Source: Ignavibacteriales bacterium
GTDB lineage: Bacteria > Bacteroidota > Ignavibacteria > UBA10030 > UBA6906
Direction of reading: 5' to 3'
DNA: 64,000 nucleotides
NCBI GenBank assembly: GCA_037441705.1
Contig: JBBIRR010000002.1
Coordinates: 60,426-124,425 of the forward strand
Of the stretch, positions 48,463 to 58,647 are shown piece by piece. The notes under the pieces are model-generated. The model saw only the letters and a list, made by a program, of their open reading frames with translations, searched no databases and was not told the origin of the DNA. Each line of letters opens with the position of its first letter. Position 1 is the stretch's first letter. The position numbers were made by a program, and so were the translations under genes.

Positions 48463-50130
48463 TTACGGAATCTGCTCGGCGATCGGGAAGCGCGGAGCAA
48501 TGTCAACGGGAACATCCCTGAGTTTCTCTAACACGCGCTGCATCTCGGGACGAATCGTCGCGTATGCATCGAGAAGCATTTGAGCCTTCTCGTAACTGCC
48601 CTCACTCTGCAGCGTGATCAGTTCGCCGGTGAGCTTTGCTACCGCGGGCTTGATCGTTTCGTGATCGACGCGAAAAGTTTCACTGGACGGATCGTACACA
48701 AAAGCGCCTGCATCCATCAGGTAATTGAACTGGAGTGCAATACCCCTGCCGTGCGCCTCGTTCAAACCAAAGCGTACCGAACGGAACGCACTGGCCAGAA
48801 AAGTCACGTACATCTGCTGTTCGAATGATCTATCTATTACCCCCTTATTCACCAGATACTGCAGCGCCCACAGCCCGCTGATATCCGCCTTCGCTTCTTC
48901 GATCGTCGAGTAAAGATCCTTCAACTCCTGTCGGACGGTTGTCGTGCGACCGTTGCGCGTGATGGTCTGAGGGCCAAGGCCGTGCATGAGTTCATGGGCA
49001 AGAATGTGAGTAAAGAACGGCTCAAAGGCGACCAGCTGCTGTTCCTCAACAGCAATGGCACGCCGCGCAATGGGAACGAGGACATTCCGGAACTTCGCCT
49101 CCTGCACGTTCTTGAGCATGACACGTTTGCTGCCTTTCTGCGTGACGACTCGTTCGTCGTTCGGCAGATTGAACGCAGCGGTTTGCACGCCCTTGTTGGC
49201 TTCTCCACCTACAACGACGACGTCAACAACGCGAATCGGAGAGAGCCCGCCGAGCTTCCTGCCGCGATGCTGCCGGGCAACCGGCAGGTTGTCCTCAAGT
49301 TCCTGCAGAAAGTTGGAGAACCGGGCGAGTTTGCCGGTCTCTTCATCATTCCGCAACGTGATGAACGCCTCGAAGGCTGCCTTGTAGCCGAACAGCTCGT
49401 CCATATAAGTCTCGTATGGTCCAATCGTCGGCTCGATCGGGCTGTCGAGGTCCATCCATGCAAGATCACTCTCATAATAATCGTTGCTGAGAAACGCGTC
49501 CGCCCTCTTGTTCAGGAAGGTTTTGAGCGAAGCGTTATCGGTGAGGGCGGCGGCCTCGCGCAGCAGCGCGGCAGCAGGCTCTAACCACTGCCGATACTCT
49601 TCGCTGTACGGAACGAACGTGAGCCTCCGGTTCTGATCACGCCGGATGGTGTAGAAGAAGCCGCGTGCCTTCTCCTGGTCGTGCGGCGCGAGTGTCGACA
49701 CCCAGGTGTCGAACTCTTCTTTCGTCATGTCTTCGGGATAGTAATTCGCCCCGGCAGGTTTGCGTGCGGGCACGCCTTCGACGAACGCCGAGTCGTGATC
49801 GAGTCCGGACCACGGACTCTTGTTGAGCAGGAACATCCGGTAGCGCAGCTTGCCTTCCGTGGAGGTATCGGCGGCGAGTCGTTCTTTCAGCGCTGCGTTG
49901 CCGCTCCACACCTGCCGCAGAAAGACTTCATCCATCAGACGCGATGCCCGAATGAGTTTCTCTAACGCCTGCCGGTCGCCGCTTGAAAGCCTTGCAGCGT
50001 CTACGGAGATTTCTGTCGGAGCATAACGGTTGAGTTTGGCAGTAAGCATTTTTTCCATCGGTGATTCCTGTTGGGTTGTGCATCCTTCAAGCAGGAAGAT
50101 TGTTGGAAGAATGAGCGAGCAGAGTCTCAT
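48463..50130 (-). CDS. Peptidase M49-like (dipeptidyl peptidase III-related) lipoprotein
   Basis: Lipobox LEGC, AFNLPNDE, HELMHGLG, EEAKAD. Confidence 0.85.
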   Translation of the reverse strand: MRLCSLILPTIFLLEGCTTQQESPMEKMLTAKLNRYAPTEISVDAARLSSGDRQALEKLIRASRLMDEVFLRQVWSGNAALKERLAADTSTEGKLRYRMFLLNKSPWSGLDHDSAFVEGVPARKPAGANYYPEDMTKEEFDTWVSTLAPHDQEKARGFFYTIRRDQNRRLTFVPYSEEYRQWLEPAAALLREAAALTDNASLKTFLNKRADAFLSNDYYESDLAWMDLDSPIEPTIGPYETYMDELFGYKAAFEAFITLRNDEETGKLARFSNFLQELEDNLPVARQHRGRKLGGLSPIRVVDVVVVGGEANKGVQTAAFNLPNDERVVTQKGSKRVMLKNVQEAKFRNVLVPIARRAIAVEEQQLVAFEPFFTHILAHELMHGLGPQTITRNGRTTTVRQELKDLYSTIEEAKADISGLWALQYLVNKGVIDRSFEQQMYVTFLASAFRSVRFGLNEAHGRGIALQFNYLMDAGAFVYDPSSETFRVDHETIKPAVAKLTGELITLQSEGSYEKAQMLLDAYATIRPEMQRVLEKLRDVPVDIAPRFPIAEQIP

Positions 50131-50345
50131 GAGTCATGCTGTTGATGGTGGTTGACGAAGCGTTGGATGATAAAAGATAGGAAGGCTTGGCGGGAATAGC
50201 AATCATCGCAAGGGTGTGTCTGCGGCGTTTACCTTGAATCCCTCCTGAATCTTCTGTAGCTTGTGACGTGTGGTTGTGATGTTCTCACGCCTGTACCTCA
50301 CACCTCTGGGGGTTGCATCGGACACGAACCAGAAAGGAGGCAGCC

Positions 50346-50930
50346 ATGAAACTCACACTCGGCAACATTCTGACGCTGTTGCTCATCACCATCACGGGTA
50401 TGGCCGGCAGCATCATCGTCGGTTTGATGGTGTACGGAGGCTCGGTGTTCGTACCCACGCATCCCGGATTCTCGTTCCTCGCGTATGGACTCAGCGGCGG
50501 ATTCATCTTCGCGTTCTATCATGTGCGGGGATTATCGGAAACCATCACCACAGCAGTCGTCGTGAGCGCCGTGCAGTTTGCCATTGCCACAACATGGATC
50601 ACCGTCTTGAACGCGGCAATCTGGTCGTTCGGCGTGAACCTGCTTGTGGTTGTGCTTGCCTTTGTGTTCGAGCGGAAGCTTGCCGCTCTGAAGCAGGCGA
50701 AGTTTGTCGTGGTGGGCCTGGCCTACGGCGCAATGTTTGTTCTCCTGACGCTGCTCGTGGCCGAGCTGACCGGTGTAACCGACATGCCGGCGATGGTGTT
50801 TCGAGCGAACTTCGTTGACGGGCTGCTCATCGGTGTTGGGCTGGGACTTGGAGTGGAGGGAGGCGAGGCATTCATTCACTCGTTGGAGCATCACCGGCTT
50901 GCGAAGGCTCAGCAAGCAAAAGCGGAATAG
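50346..50930 (+). CDS. Hypothetical multi-pass membrane protein
   Basis: AGGAGG RBS, about 6 TM segments. Confidence 0.7.
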   Translation: MKLTLGNILTLLLITITGMAGSIIVGLMVYGGSVFVPTHPGFSFLAYGLSGGFIFAFYHVRGLSETITTAVVVSAVQFAIATTWITVLNAAIWSFGVNLLVVVLAFVFERKLAALKQAKFVVVGLAYGAMFVLLTLLVAELTGVTDMPAMVFRANFVDGLLIGVGLGLGVEGGEAFIHSLEHHRLAKAQQAKAE

Positions 50931-51050
50931 AATTCCCAATGCTAAGAATGCACTTGCCCCGACTTCTCACGTGTGCAAAAAGCCCTGCAGCTCAGGCCGA
51001 AGCAACCGCGTCAGAGAGGAAGCAGAGCATGCTTTTTCCGCAAGCACTCG

Positions 51051-51065
51051 TGGCACTTGGTTTGC
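51051..51065 (+). promoter_or_regulatory. Putative sigma54 (-24/-12) promoter upstream of hemN
   Basis: TGGCAC-TTGGT-TTGC with exact GG-N10-GC spacing. Confidence 0.55.
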
Positions 51066-51106
51066 CTCTTTGACCGGTGGAATTTTACATGAGGAGTCCG
51101 TTCTCC

Positions 51107-52492
51107 ATGCACACACAGAGCGTTGACCTTGCACTTCTGAAGAAGTACGACCAGCCCGGCCCGCGCTACACGAGCTACCCCACGGCCCCGATGTTTTCCT
51201 CTTCGTTTACGGCAGACGACTTCCGGCAGGAAATCATTGCCACCAACGGTGCGGATGCAACGCCGGACATTTCACTGTATTTTCACTTTCCCTTCTGCGA
51301 CACGCTGTGTTACTTCTGCGGCTGCACGATGCTCGTGACCCGCGACCGGAATCGCATCGGCGAGTATCTGCGCTATCTGAAAAAAGAAATCGACATGGTG
51401 GCACCGCTCATCGCTCCGCATCGGCGCGTAACGCAGCTCCACTGGGGCGGCGGTACGCCGACGCATCTTTCCCCCGAGCAGATTCTCGACATCGGCGAGT
51501 ACATCAAACAGCGGTTCACGATTGATCCGGATGCGGAAATGAGTGTGGAGATTGATCCGCGGGAACTCACCCAGCGCCATCTCGGCACGCTGCGGCACCT
51601 CGGGTTTAACCGCATGAGTATGGGCGTGCAGGATTTCGATGAGCGCGTGCAGCGCGCGGTGAACCGCGTCCAGCCGGAAGAGCTTTCGCTGCGTGTGTTC
51701 AAGTGGGCGGAGGCGTTGGATTTTCACAGCATCAACATTGATCTCATCTACGGGCTGCCGTTTCAGACGGTGGAGTCCTTCGAGCGGACGGTGCGGCGTG
51801 TGCTGCAGTTCTCGCCCGATCGCATTGCCGTTTTCAACTACGCGCATGTTCCCTGGTTGAAGCCGCATCAAAAGCTGATCCGCGCAGAAGACCTTCCGAC
51901 GCCGGAACAGAAACTCGAAATTTTGAAGATGGCGATCGAGCTACTCACCTCGCACGGCTACACGTACATCGGGATGGATCATTTCGCCAAGCCCACGGAC
52001 GAGCTTGCCCTTGCGCAGAACGAGAAAACGTTGTATCGGAACTTCCAGGGATACTCAACAAAATCGCACGCCGATCTGTACGGCTTCGGCATGTCGTCCA
52101 TCAGTCATTTTCGGACGATCTACGCCCAGAACGAAAAGAACCTGCAGAAGTACTACAACGCGCTCGATCACGGACGCCTCGCCACACACGTCGGCTATCG
52201 GATGACGTACGACGATCAGATCCGCAAGTTTGTCATCATGCGCTTGATGTGCGATCTGGAGCTGGACAAGCGTGCGGTCGAGCGGCAGTTTGAGATTGAC
52301 TTCGATGAATACTTCGCGGCGTCGCTGGAGCGTTTGCGGCAGTTTGTGGATGATGGGCTGGTAGAGACCACCGCTGACAGGATCACGGTCCTCGGTGCAG
52401 GCCGTCTTCTGCTTCGAAACATTGCGATGTGCTTCGATGCCTACATCGACTCGCTCGGCAAGGCGAAGCCGATATTTTCCCGAACCGTATAG
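51107..52492 (+). CDS. hemN: Oxygen-independent coproporphyrinogen III oxidase
   Basis: GPRYTSYPTA, CxxxCxxC (CDTLCYFCGC), GGGTP, IGMDHF, RNFQGY. Confidence 0.96.
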   Translation: MHTQSVDLALLKKYDQPGPRYTSYPTAPMFSSSFTADDFRQEIIATNGADATPDISLYFHFPFCDTLCYFCGCTMLVTRDRNRIGEYLRYLKKEIDMVAPLIAPHRRVTQLHWGGGTPTHLSPEQILDIGEYIKQRFTIDPDAEMSVEIDPRELTQRHLGTLRHLGFNRMSMGVQDFDERVQRAVNRVQPEELSLRVFKWAEALDFHSINIDLIYGLPFQTVESFERTVRRVLQFSPDRIAVFNYAHVPWLKPHQKLIRAEDLPTPEQKLEILKMAIELLTSHGYTYIGMDHFAKPTDELALAQNEKTLYRNFQGYSTKSHADLYGFGMSSISHFRTIYAQNEKNLQKYYNALDHGRLATHVGYRMTYDDQIRKFVIMRLMCDLELDKRAVERQFEIDFDEYFAASLERLRQFVDDGLVETTADRITVLGAGRLLLRNIAMCFDAYIDSLGKAKPIFSRTV

Positions 52493-52570
52493 CGGTTGCT
52501 TTTTTAGGGTGAAGTTAATATCATGAAAATGAAATTTTCTTGGTACTCATTATCGAGAAGGGCGTGACCG

Positions 52571-52966
52571 ATGGCGGACAACAGCGGCATGACAAAAGGG
52601 TTCATTCTCGGCTTGCTTACTGGCGGTGCGATCGGAGCAATCCTCGCATTACTGTACGCCCCCAAGAGCGGACGCGAGCTGCGACAGGACATCAAGGCGC
52701 GAACAGATGAGTTTATGGAAGATGCCGGCGAAGCGCTGGAGAGCGCACGCCGAAAACTTCCCGAGATTACGAGCGAGGCCAAGAAACGCTCGGCGCAGGT
52801 GATCTCGGAGGCGCAGTCACAGGCAAGTTCGTTGTTGGAAGACGCCGATCGGGTGCTGAGCGGCGTCAAGCAACGCGCCGCATCCGTTGTGGAGGAAGGG
52901 ATCAAAATCAAAGAGGCGGTGAAAGCGGGCGTGGAGACGTTCAAACAGGAACGAGAACGATCATAA
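52571..52966 (+). CDS. YtxH domain protein
   Basis: GGAIGA..ALLYAPKSG.ELR. Confidence 0.9.
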   Translation: MADNSGMTKGFILGLLTGGAIGAILALLYAPKSGRELRQDIKARTDEFMEDAGEALESARRKLPEITSEAKKRSAQVISEAQSQASSLLEDADRVLSGVKQRAASVVEEGIKIKEAVKAGVETFKQERERS

Positions 52967-52988
52967 CACTGCCGGAAAGGAACCCACG

Positions 52989-53375
52989 TTGGAAACTGCC
53001 CTCCTGGTTGCGCAGATCGTCGCGCTGGTCGCGGTCGCCGCTGTTTGTGTTTTCCTGATTGTCGTGCTCGTGCGGGTCAAGGAGGTCCTCACAAACGTCG
53101 AACGCGATATCAAGAACGTCACCGAGCGCACGATGCCGGTGCTGGAGAATATCGACTACATTTCGGCGCGCTTGAAGAGCATTACCGACAACATCGACGA
53201 CCAGGTGTTGATGGTGCGCGAGTCGGTCGGATCCATCCGCGACATTGCCGACAACATCGTCGCACTCGAGCGCAAAGTCCAGTCGCAAATCGAAGGACCC
53301 GTTCTCGACACGGTGGCGTTTCTCGCGGCTGTCATCAAAGGCGTGAGAGCATTCACGCAGCGCCTGCGGGCGTAA
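52989..53375 (+). CDS. DUF948-family protein
   Basis: N-terminal TM plus coiled coil; typical neighbour of YtxH. Confidence 0.7.
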   Translation: METALLVAQIVALVAVAAVCVFLIVVLVRVKEVLTNVERDIKNVTERTMPVLENIDYISARLKSITDNIDDQVLMVRESVGSIRDIADNIVALERKVQSQIEGPVLDTVAFLAAVIKGVRAFTQRLRA

Positions 53376-53406
53376 CCTCTGTTCCCGGCGAGCAGAGGTT
53401 TTTTTC
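53374..53406 (+). terminator. Intrinsic terminator
   Basis: AACCTCTGTTC-loop-GAGCAGAGGTT followed by a T tract. Confidence 0.7.
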
Positions 53407-53468
53407 TTCTTCGTCAAGGTTATGGCTTACGATTGACGTGACGATAATCTGCATGCAGCGAGGCTGAT

Positions 53469-54052
53469 ATGAATCGTCCGATCATGCTTGCTTTCCTCTT
53501 TGCGATCCTCACCGGGTCCGCATTCAGCCAAAGCCGCGTGAGTATCGGATTCAACGGCGGCGTACAAACGGCGCTCAGTGCATTCGACGGGGGTCGCTGT
53601 GGTGGGATGGGGCAGCTCAGAGGAAGTTCAGCGCGCTGCCGATTCTCGGCGGCGTGAGGCTGCAGACGGCGACGTCGGAGATCGTTCCGTACGGTATGCT
53701 GGAGGTGGGCCTGTTTTCCATTCGGACGACCGAGAGCTTCATGATGCCCGTTCCACTTGCCGGCACGATGGGAAGGGGCGACACGCTCGGCTTTCCGATC
53801 GGCAGGTTTGATGTTCATCCTTTGCCATTCGGGTCAGGGCGGCGCTCTTCCACAACGTTCGGCTACGGCATCGGCTTCGGCGTCATGCTCTCGATGTCGG
53901 AGAAACTCGACCTCGATGTCGCGGCAAAGATGCAGTACCTTCACGATACGCGGTCGTTGTCCGATCACATGACCGTACTCGTTCCGACGACCTACGGTTC
54001 CATGCACGAGTATTTCACAAGCGTGTCCGTGGGCCTGTTACTTCGTCTCTAA
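53469..54052 (+). pseudogene. Outer-membrane beta-barrel protein, frameshifted and probably internally deleted
   Basis: Signal peptide plus first strand (SRVSIGFNGG) in one frame; KFSALPILGGVRL..PYG..EVG...FGYGIGFG...SVGLLLRL continues in another frame. Confidence 0.65.
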
Positions 54053-54077
54053 ACGTTCCATTTTCTCATCAACGTCT

Positions 54078-56186
54078 ATGAAAGAATTCATACCCAGTCA
54101 TATCCGCAACGTGGCTCTCATCGGCCATGGAGGTGCGGGGAAGACGTCGCTGACCGAGGCAATGCTCTTCTCCGCAGGCATGACCACCCGCCTCGGTCGA
54201 GTGGAAGAAGGCAATACACTCTCCGACTATCACCCCGACGAAATCGAGCGACAAATCTCCATCAACACCTCCCTTCTCTTCTGTGAATGGAAAAACACGA
54301 AGATCAATATTCTCGATACGCCGGGCTACACGGACTTCACCGGCGAAGTGAAGTCCGCCCTCCGTGTCGCGGACACGGCGCTCATTCTTGTGAAGGCCGT
54401 CGAGGGCATCGAGGTGGGCACGGAGATCGTCGGCAAATACACCAACGAATTTCGCAACGGTGTCGTGTTCGTCGTGAACAAGCTTGATCATGAGAACGCC
54501 GACTTCGACAAGGTCGTTCAGCAGTGTCACGACTATGTCAGCCATGAAGTGGAGGTGATCCAATTTCCGCTGAACCAGGGTCTTACGTTCGACACGGTCG
54601 TTGATGTCATCAAGATGAAAGCGCTGAAGTACGAGCGCGGCACGAACGGAAAATACGTCGAGATGGAAATCCCCGCCGAGGCACGCGAGAAAGCCGAGCA
54701 CTATCGCCGGCAGCTGATGGATGCCGTGGCCGAGCTGGATGAGGATTTGATGAACAAGTACTTCGAGAAAGGAACGCTGACCGACGAAGAATTGAAGATG
54801 GGATTGCATCGCGGCATCCACGAACGCAACCTCTTTCCTATTCTCTGCTGCTCCGCAACGCATAACGTCGGCGTGACCGATATCCTCGATTTCATTGTAG
54901 ATGATTGTCCTTCGCCGCTCGAGATCGGCGACACGCATGCGCGGCCCGTGAACGTGACCAATGGGAACACCGACGTTGTTGTTCCGCCCGACCCGAATGC
55001 GGAGCCGTCGCTGTTCGTGTTCAAAACCGTCTCGGAGGCGCACGTCGGCGAGTTGTCGTTTTTCAGGGTCTATTCGGGAACGATTACCCCGGGCATTGAT
55101 CTCATCAACGAAGGAAACGGAAAGCCCGAGCGCCTTGCTCAACTGTACGTGATGAACGGAAAGGAGAGGAAAGAGGTGAGTAAACTGATGGCAGGCGACA
55201 TCGGGGCTGTTGTGAAGCTGCGCGACACGCATACGAACGACACGCTCAGCAGCAAGAATTTCCCCGTGGTGTATGCTCCGATTACGTTTCCTGAGCCGGT
55301 GTACTTCCTGGGCATTGTCCCCAAATCCAAAGGTGATGAAGATAAGATTGCCAACGGGCTGCATTCTCTTCATCAGGAGGATCCGACATTCGTCTTCCGC
55401 GTCGATCCCGAGCTGCATCAGACGATCATCGGCGGGCAGGGCGAACTGCACTTGCAGGTCGTGGTCAAACGCTTGAAGCAGAAGTTCAACGTCGAAGTAG
55501 AGCTGACGGAACCGAAAGTCCCGTACCGCGAAACCATCAAAGCGGTTGTAAAAGACGCGGAGTACAAGCACAAGAAGCAAACGGGCGGCCACGGTCAGTA
55601 CGGTCACGTGCACTTACGACTCGAGCCGTTGAAGCGCGGACAGGGTTTTGAGTTTGTGGATGAAATTGTCGGCGGCGTGGTCCCCGGGAAGTTCATTCCG
55701 GCAGTCGAGAAGGGCATTGTGGAGACGATGAAGGAAGGTGTGCTTGCCGGATATCCGGTGGTGGATGTGCGCGTTGCGCTGCACTACGGTTCGTATCACG
55801 ACGTTGATTCCTCCGAAATGGCATTCAAGATCGCAGCCTCGCAGGCGTTCAAGAAGGGATTCATGGAAGCCAAGCCCGTTTTGCTCGAGCCAATCTACAA
55901 CGTAGAAGTGAAAGTGCCGGAAGACGCGATGGGCGAGGTGATGGGGGATATTTCCAGTCGGCGTGGAAAGATCCTCGGTATGGAAAGCGCGGGCCACTAT
56001 CAGATCATTCGGGCGCAAGTGCCGCAGGCGGAGCTGCACAAGTACGCGACGGTGCTTCGGTCCAAGACCGGCGGCCGGGGCGTCTTCACCGCCAGCATGT
56101 CGCACTACGAAGAAGTGCCGAAAGAGCAAGCGGAAAAAATCATCGCGGCGGCAGAGAAGAACAAGGGCAAGGAACAGGAAGGCTAA
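54078..56186 (+). CDS. fusA: Elongation factor G-like protein (EF-G2 type)
   Basis: RNVALIGHGGAGKT, DTPG, NKLD, GELHL, KKQTGGHGQY, SYHDVDSS. Switch I reads RQISI rather than RGITI, and the gene is not in an str operon. Confidence 0.9.
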   Translation: MKEFIPSHIRNVALIGHGGAGKTSLTEAMLFSAGMTTRLGRVEEGNTLSDYHPDEIERQISINTSLLFCEWKNTKINILDTPGYTDFTGEVKSALRVADTALILVKAVEGIEVGTEIVGKYTNEFRNGVVFVVNKLDHENADFDKVVQQCHDYVSHEVEVIQFPLNQGLTFDTVVDVIKMKALKYERGTNGKYVEMEIPAEAREKAEHYRRQLMDAVAELDEDLMNKYFEKGTLTDEELKMGLHRGIHERNLFPILCCSATHNVGVTDILDFIVDDCPSPLEIGDTHARPVNVTNGNTDVVVPPDPNAEPSLFVFKTVSEAHVGELSFFRVYSGTITPGIDLINEGNGKPERLAQLYVMNGKERKEVSKLMAGDIGAVVKLRDTHTNDTLSSKNFPVVYAPITFPEPVYFLGIVPKSKGDEDKIANGLHSLHQEDPTFVFRVDPELHQTIIGGQGELHLQVVVKRLKQKFNVEVELTEPKVPYRETIKAVVKDAEYKHKKQTGGHGQYGHVHLRLEPLKRGQGFEFVDEIVGGVVPGKFIPAVEKGIVETMKEGVLAGYPVVDVRVALHYGSYHDVDSSEMAFKIAASQAFKKGFMEAKPVLLEPIYNVEVKVPEDAMGEVMGDISSRRGKILGMESAGHYQIIRAQVPQAELHKYATVLRSKTGGRGVFTASMSHYEEVPKEQAEKIIAAAEKNKGKEQEG

Positions 56187-56250
56187 CACCGGCGGCACCA
56201 TATCGTGCCCGCTGCTTATGTTTTCCATTCGGCGGCCGCGCGAGAACGTC

Positions 56251-56282
56251 AGGTTGGTTTCGGTTGGAAACCAACCTTTTTC
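56251..56282 (+). terminator. Intrinsic terminator after fusA
   Basis: AGGTTGGTTTC-loop-GAAACCAACCT followed by a T tract. Confidence 0.75.
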
Positions 56283-56358
56283 TTTGCAGCAAAACTTTCA
56301 TACCTTGCGTGCACACGCTTTATGAACATTCGTTCTGCGATTCAAAGAAACAGTGACT

Positions 56359-56907
56359 ATGAAACGCATGTGGTCGCCGTGGCGGTCGGCATACATTGAA
56401 ACGTTCAAGAACCCACCGCGGAAGAAGTCCAAGAAGAGCATCTTCACCCAGGCGCTTGAGGCAAACGACGATGACAAACAGTTCATCGTCTGGCGCGGGA
56501 AGCACTGCTTCGTCATCATGAACCGGTATCCCTACAACAGCGGCCACATGATGATCGTCCCCTACCGGCAGGTTGCGCGGTTCGACGAATTGACCGACAC
56601 GGAGCTGATGGACATGATGAAGGCGACGCGCCGCGCGATCAGGGCGCTGGAGAAGGAAATGCGCCCCGAAGGCTTCAACTTTGGTGCGAACTTCGGGCGT
56701 GCAAGCGGTGCCGGCGTGAATGACCACATCCATTTCCACATCGTGCCCCGCTGGAACGGCGACACGAACTTCATGCCCGTGCTGACGGACACCAAAGTGA
56801 TTTCTGAAGACATGCGGGTTACACTGGAAAAGCTCCGTCGTTCGTTCAAGACTGCAGGGGGAACGAGCCGACCGTCCCGAAGACGAACATCACGTGCGGG
56901 GCGTTAA
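56359..56907 (+). CDS. HIT family hydrolase (Ap4A phosphorylase-like)
   Basis: WSPWR..YI, N.YPY.SGH, HIHFHIVPRW.GD.NF. Confidence 0.92.
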   Translation: MKRMWSPWRSAYIETFKNPPRKKSKKSIFTQALEANDDDKQFIVWRGKHCFVIMNRYPYNSGHMMIVPYRQVARFDELTDTELMDMMKATRRAIRALEKEMRPEGFNFGANFGRASGAGVNDHIHFHIVPRWNGDTNFMPVLTDTKVISEDMRVTLEKLRRSFKTAGGTSRPSRRRTSRAGR

Positions 56908-56954
56908 ACGTATCCGCGCCGACCCTGTCTAACCTGTAGACGAATGCGAACTCG

Positions 56955-57518
56955 ATGGAACCCCTGACCGACCTCGAACTCGTTCAGCAGGTTCGAAACG
57001 GAAACCGGGAAGCCTACACGGAACTGATGCGACGATACCAGAAGCGAGTGTACTGGGTGGCGAGGCGGATTGTCGGTTCCCATGACGATGCCGATGACGT
57101 GGCGCAGGAAACATTTGTGAAGGCGTATCTTGCGCTCGGCGACTTTCGCGGGGACTCGAGTTTCTTCACGTGGCTGTATCGCATTGCGGTGAATCTCGCG
57201 TTGAACGTTGTGCGCAGGCACCAGATGATGAACTATCTGCGCGACAGTCCCATCATCTCCTCGTTGCTGCCGGCACGGGACAACCCGCATTCAGACCTGG
57301 AGGCGAAAGAGCTGGAGTCGCGGCTCAATCTTGCTGTTGCTCAGCTGCCGGAGAAACAACGCGCGGTGTTTGTCATGCGCTATTTTGATGAGATGAGTTA
57401 TGAAGAGATCTCGCAGGTGTTGAAGACCTCGGTTGGGGGATTGAAGGCAAACTATTTTCATGCACTGAAGAAAGTGCAGGAGTTCTTGAAAGATGAAGCT
57501 CCGCAGACACACGATTGA
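56955..57518 (+). CDS. ECF RNA polymerase sigma factor
   Basis: DDVAQETF, F.TWLYRIA.N, LP.KQR.VF, SYEEI. Confidence 0.95.
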   Translation: MEPLTDLELVQQVRNGNREAYTELMRRYQKRVYWVARRIVGSHDDADDVAQETFVKAYLALGDFRGDSSFFTWLYRIAVNLALNVVRRHQMMNYLRDSPIISSLLPARDNPHSDLEAKELESRLNLAVAQLPEKQRAVFVMRYFDEMSYEEISQVLKTSVGGLKANYFHALKKVQEFLKDEAPQTHD

Positions 57519-58002
57519 CATTCCGGATGAGCTTGAGCGGGAGGCAGAAGATGCCGTCCGCCGGCTCGATGATACGAGAAACGTTTCTGCGCCGCCGGGG
57601 ACGTACTTTGCCAATCTCCTTGTGCGGACGAACGAGCGGATAGACCGGGCGACAAGCGGTGTGGCCATTTCGTTGAGCTGGCTCGCGCGCGTTGCGGTTC
57701 CGGGTGTCGTTGCGATCATCTTCTTCTTCATCGGCTTGCATTACTACGCGCCGGAAACCCCTCGCTCGTCTGTCGTGGACGTCGTGAACGCGCTTCCGCC
57801 CGCGGCGTTCGATTCCTTGCTGGTGGATGCTTCGTCAGAGGATGCGGTGATCGTTCCGCCGTCCTTATTCGACGTGAGCGGCGACCAGCTTGTGGAATTC
57901 TATCTCGAGACCGGGAATCCGGCCGCTGTTTTAGAGGAGTTGCCCGAACAAGACGTTGCAACGGTTGCGGCCATCCTCGAAGCGCGCTCGATCAATCTCT
58001 AA
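57493..58002 (+). CDS. Probable anti-sigma factor (single TM)
   Basis: Overlaps the sigma gene; P..YF motif before a central TM segment. Confidence 0.65.
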   Translation: MKLRRHTIDIPDELEREAEDAVRRLDDTRNVSAPPGTYFANLLVRTNERIDRATSGVAISLSWLARVAVPGVVAIIFFFIGLHYYAPETPRSSVVDVVNALPPAAFDSLLVDASSEDAVIVPPSLFDVSGDQLVEFYLETGNPAAVLEELPEQDVATVAAILEARSINL

Positions 58003-58027
58003 GAATCTGATACGAAGGAGATTTCCT

Positions 58028-58504
58028 ATGCGATCACTGGCCGTTCTCTTCATCTCCATGTTCGTGATATCGTTTGTGCACGCCCAGCCGCCCGGCGGGC
58101 CGCCGTTGGAACGCATCGAACGGTTCAAGAAAATGCGCATGGTGGAGATGCTCGAACTAAATGAAGAGCAATCCGTGCGCTTCTTCGCCCGCTACAACGA
58201 ACACGAAACCAGGCGTCGCGACCTCATGCGCCAGCGTGACGAACTGCTCGACAAAATCGAACGCCTGCTGCGCAACAAGGCCGAAGCCAAAGAATATGAA
58301 AAGCTCTTCACGGATGTTATCGAGGTGAACCGACGCATCGGTGAGGAACGTCTCGCCTTCTTCAACAGTCTGAGTGACCTGTTGACCATCGAGCAGCGCG
58401 CGAAGCTTCTTCTCTTCGAACGTCGCTTCGAGAATGAGCTGCGCGAAGCCATGCGTGAGGCGCGGCAGCGCCGGCGCGGAGGCTTCGACGATAACGTTCG
58501 ATAA
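58028..58504 (+). CDS. Periplasmic helical protein (Spy/CpxP-like)
   Basis: Signal peptide VHA/Q, L.LNEEQ and LT.EQRAK repeats. Confidence 0.7.
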   Translation: MRSLAVLFISMFVISFVHAQPPGGPPLERIERFKKMRMVEMLELNEEQSVRFFARYNEHETRRRDLMRQRDELLDKIERLLRNKAEAKEYEKLFTDVIEVNRRIGEERLAFFNSLSDLLTIEQRAKLLLFERRFENELREAMREARQRRRGGFDDNVR

Positions 58505-58574
58505 CTCCAGAACCGATCGACCCGCGGATCTCGCTCCCCTTTTCCAACCGCGAGCGAAGCGGGCCGGTGCAACC

Positions 58575-58603
58575 TTGACATTCCTTTCCCCTTTCTCTAA
58601 TTT
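58575..58603 (+). promoter_or_regulatory. sigma70-like promoter for the allB operon
   Basis: TTGACA-17 nt-TAATTT. Confidence 0.65.
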
Positions 58604-58647
58604 GACCAAGCCCTTTCTCTGTTTATTCAGACGGACGTTCGACCAGC

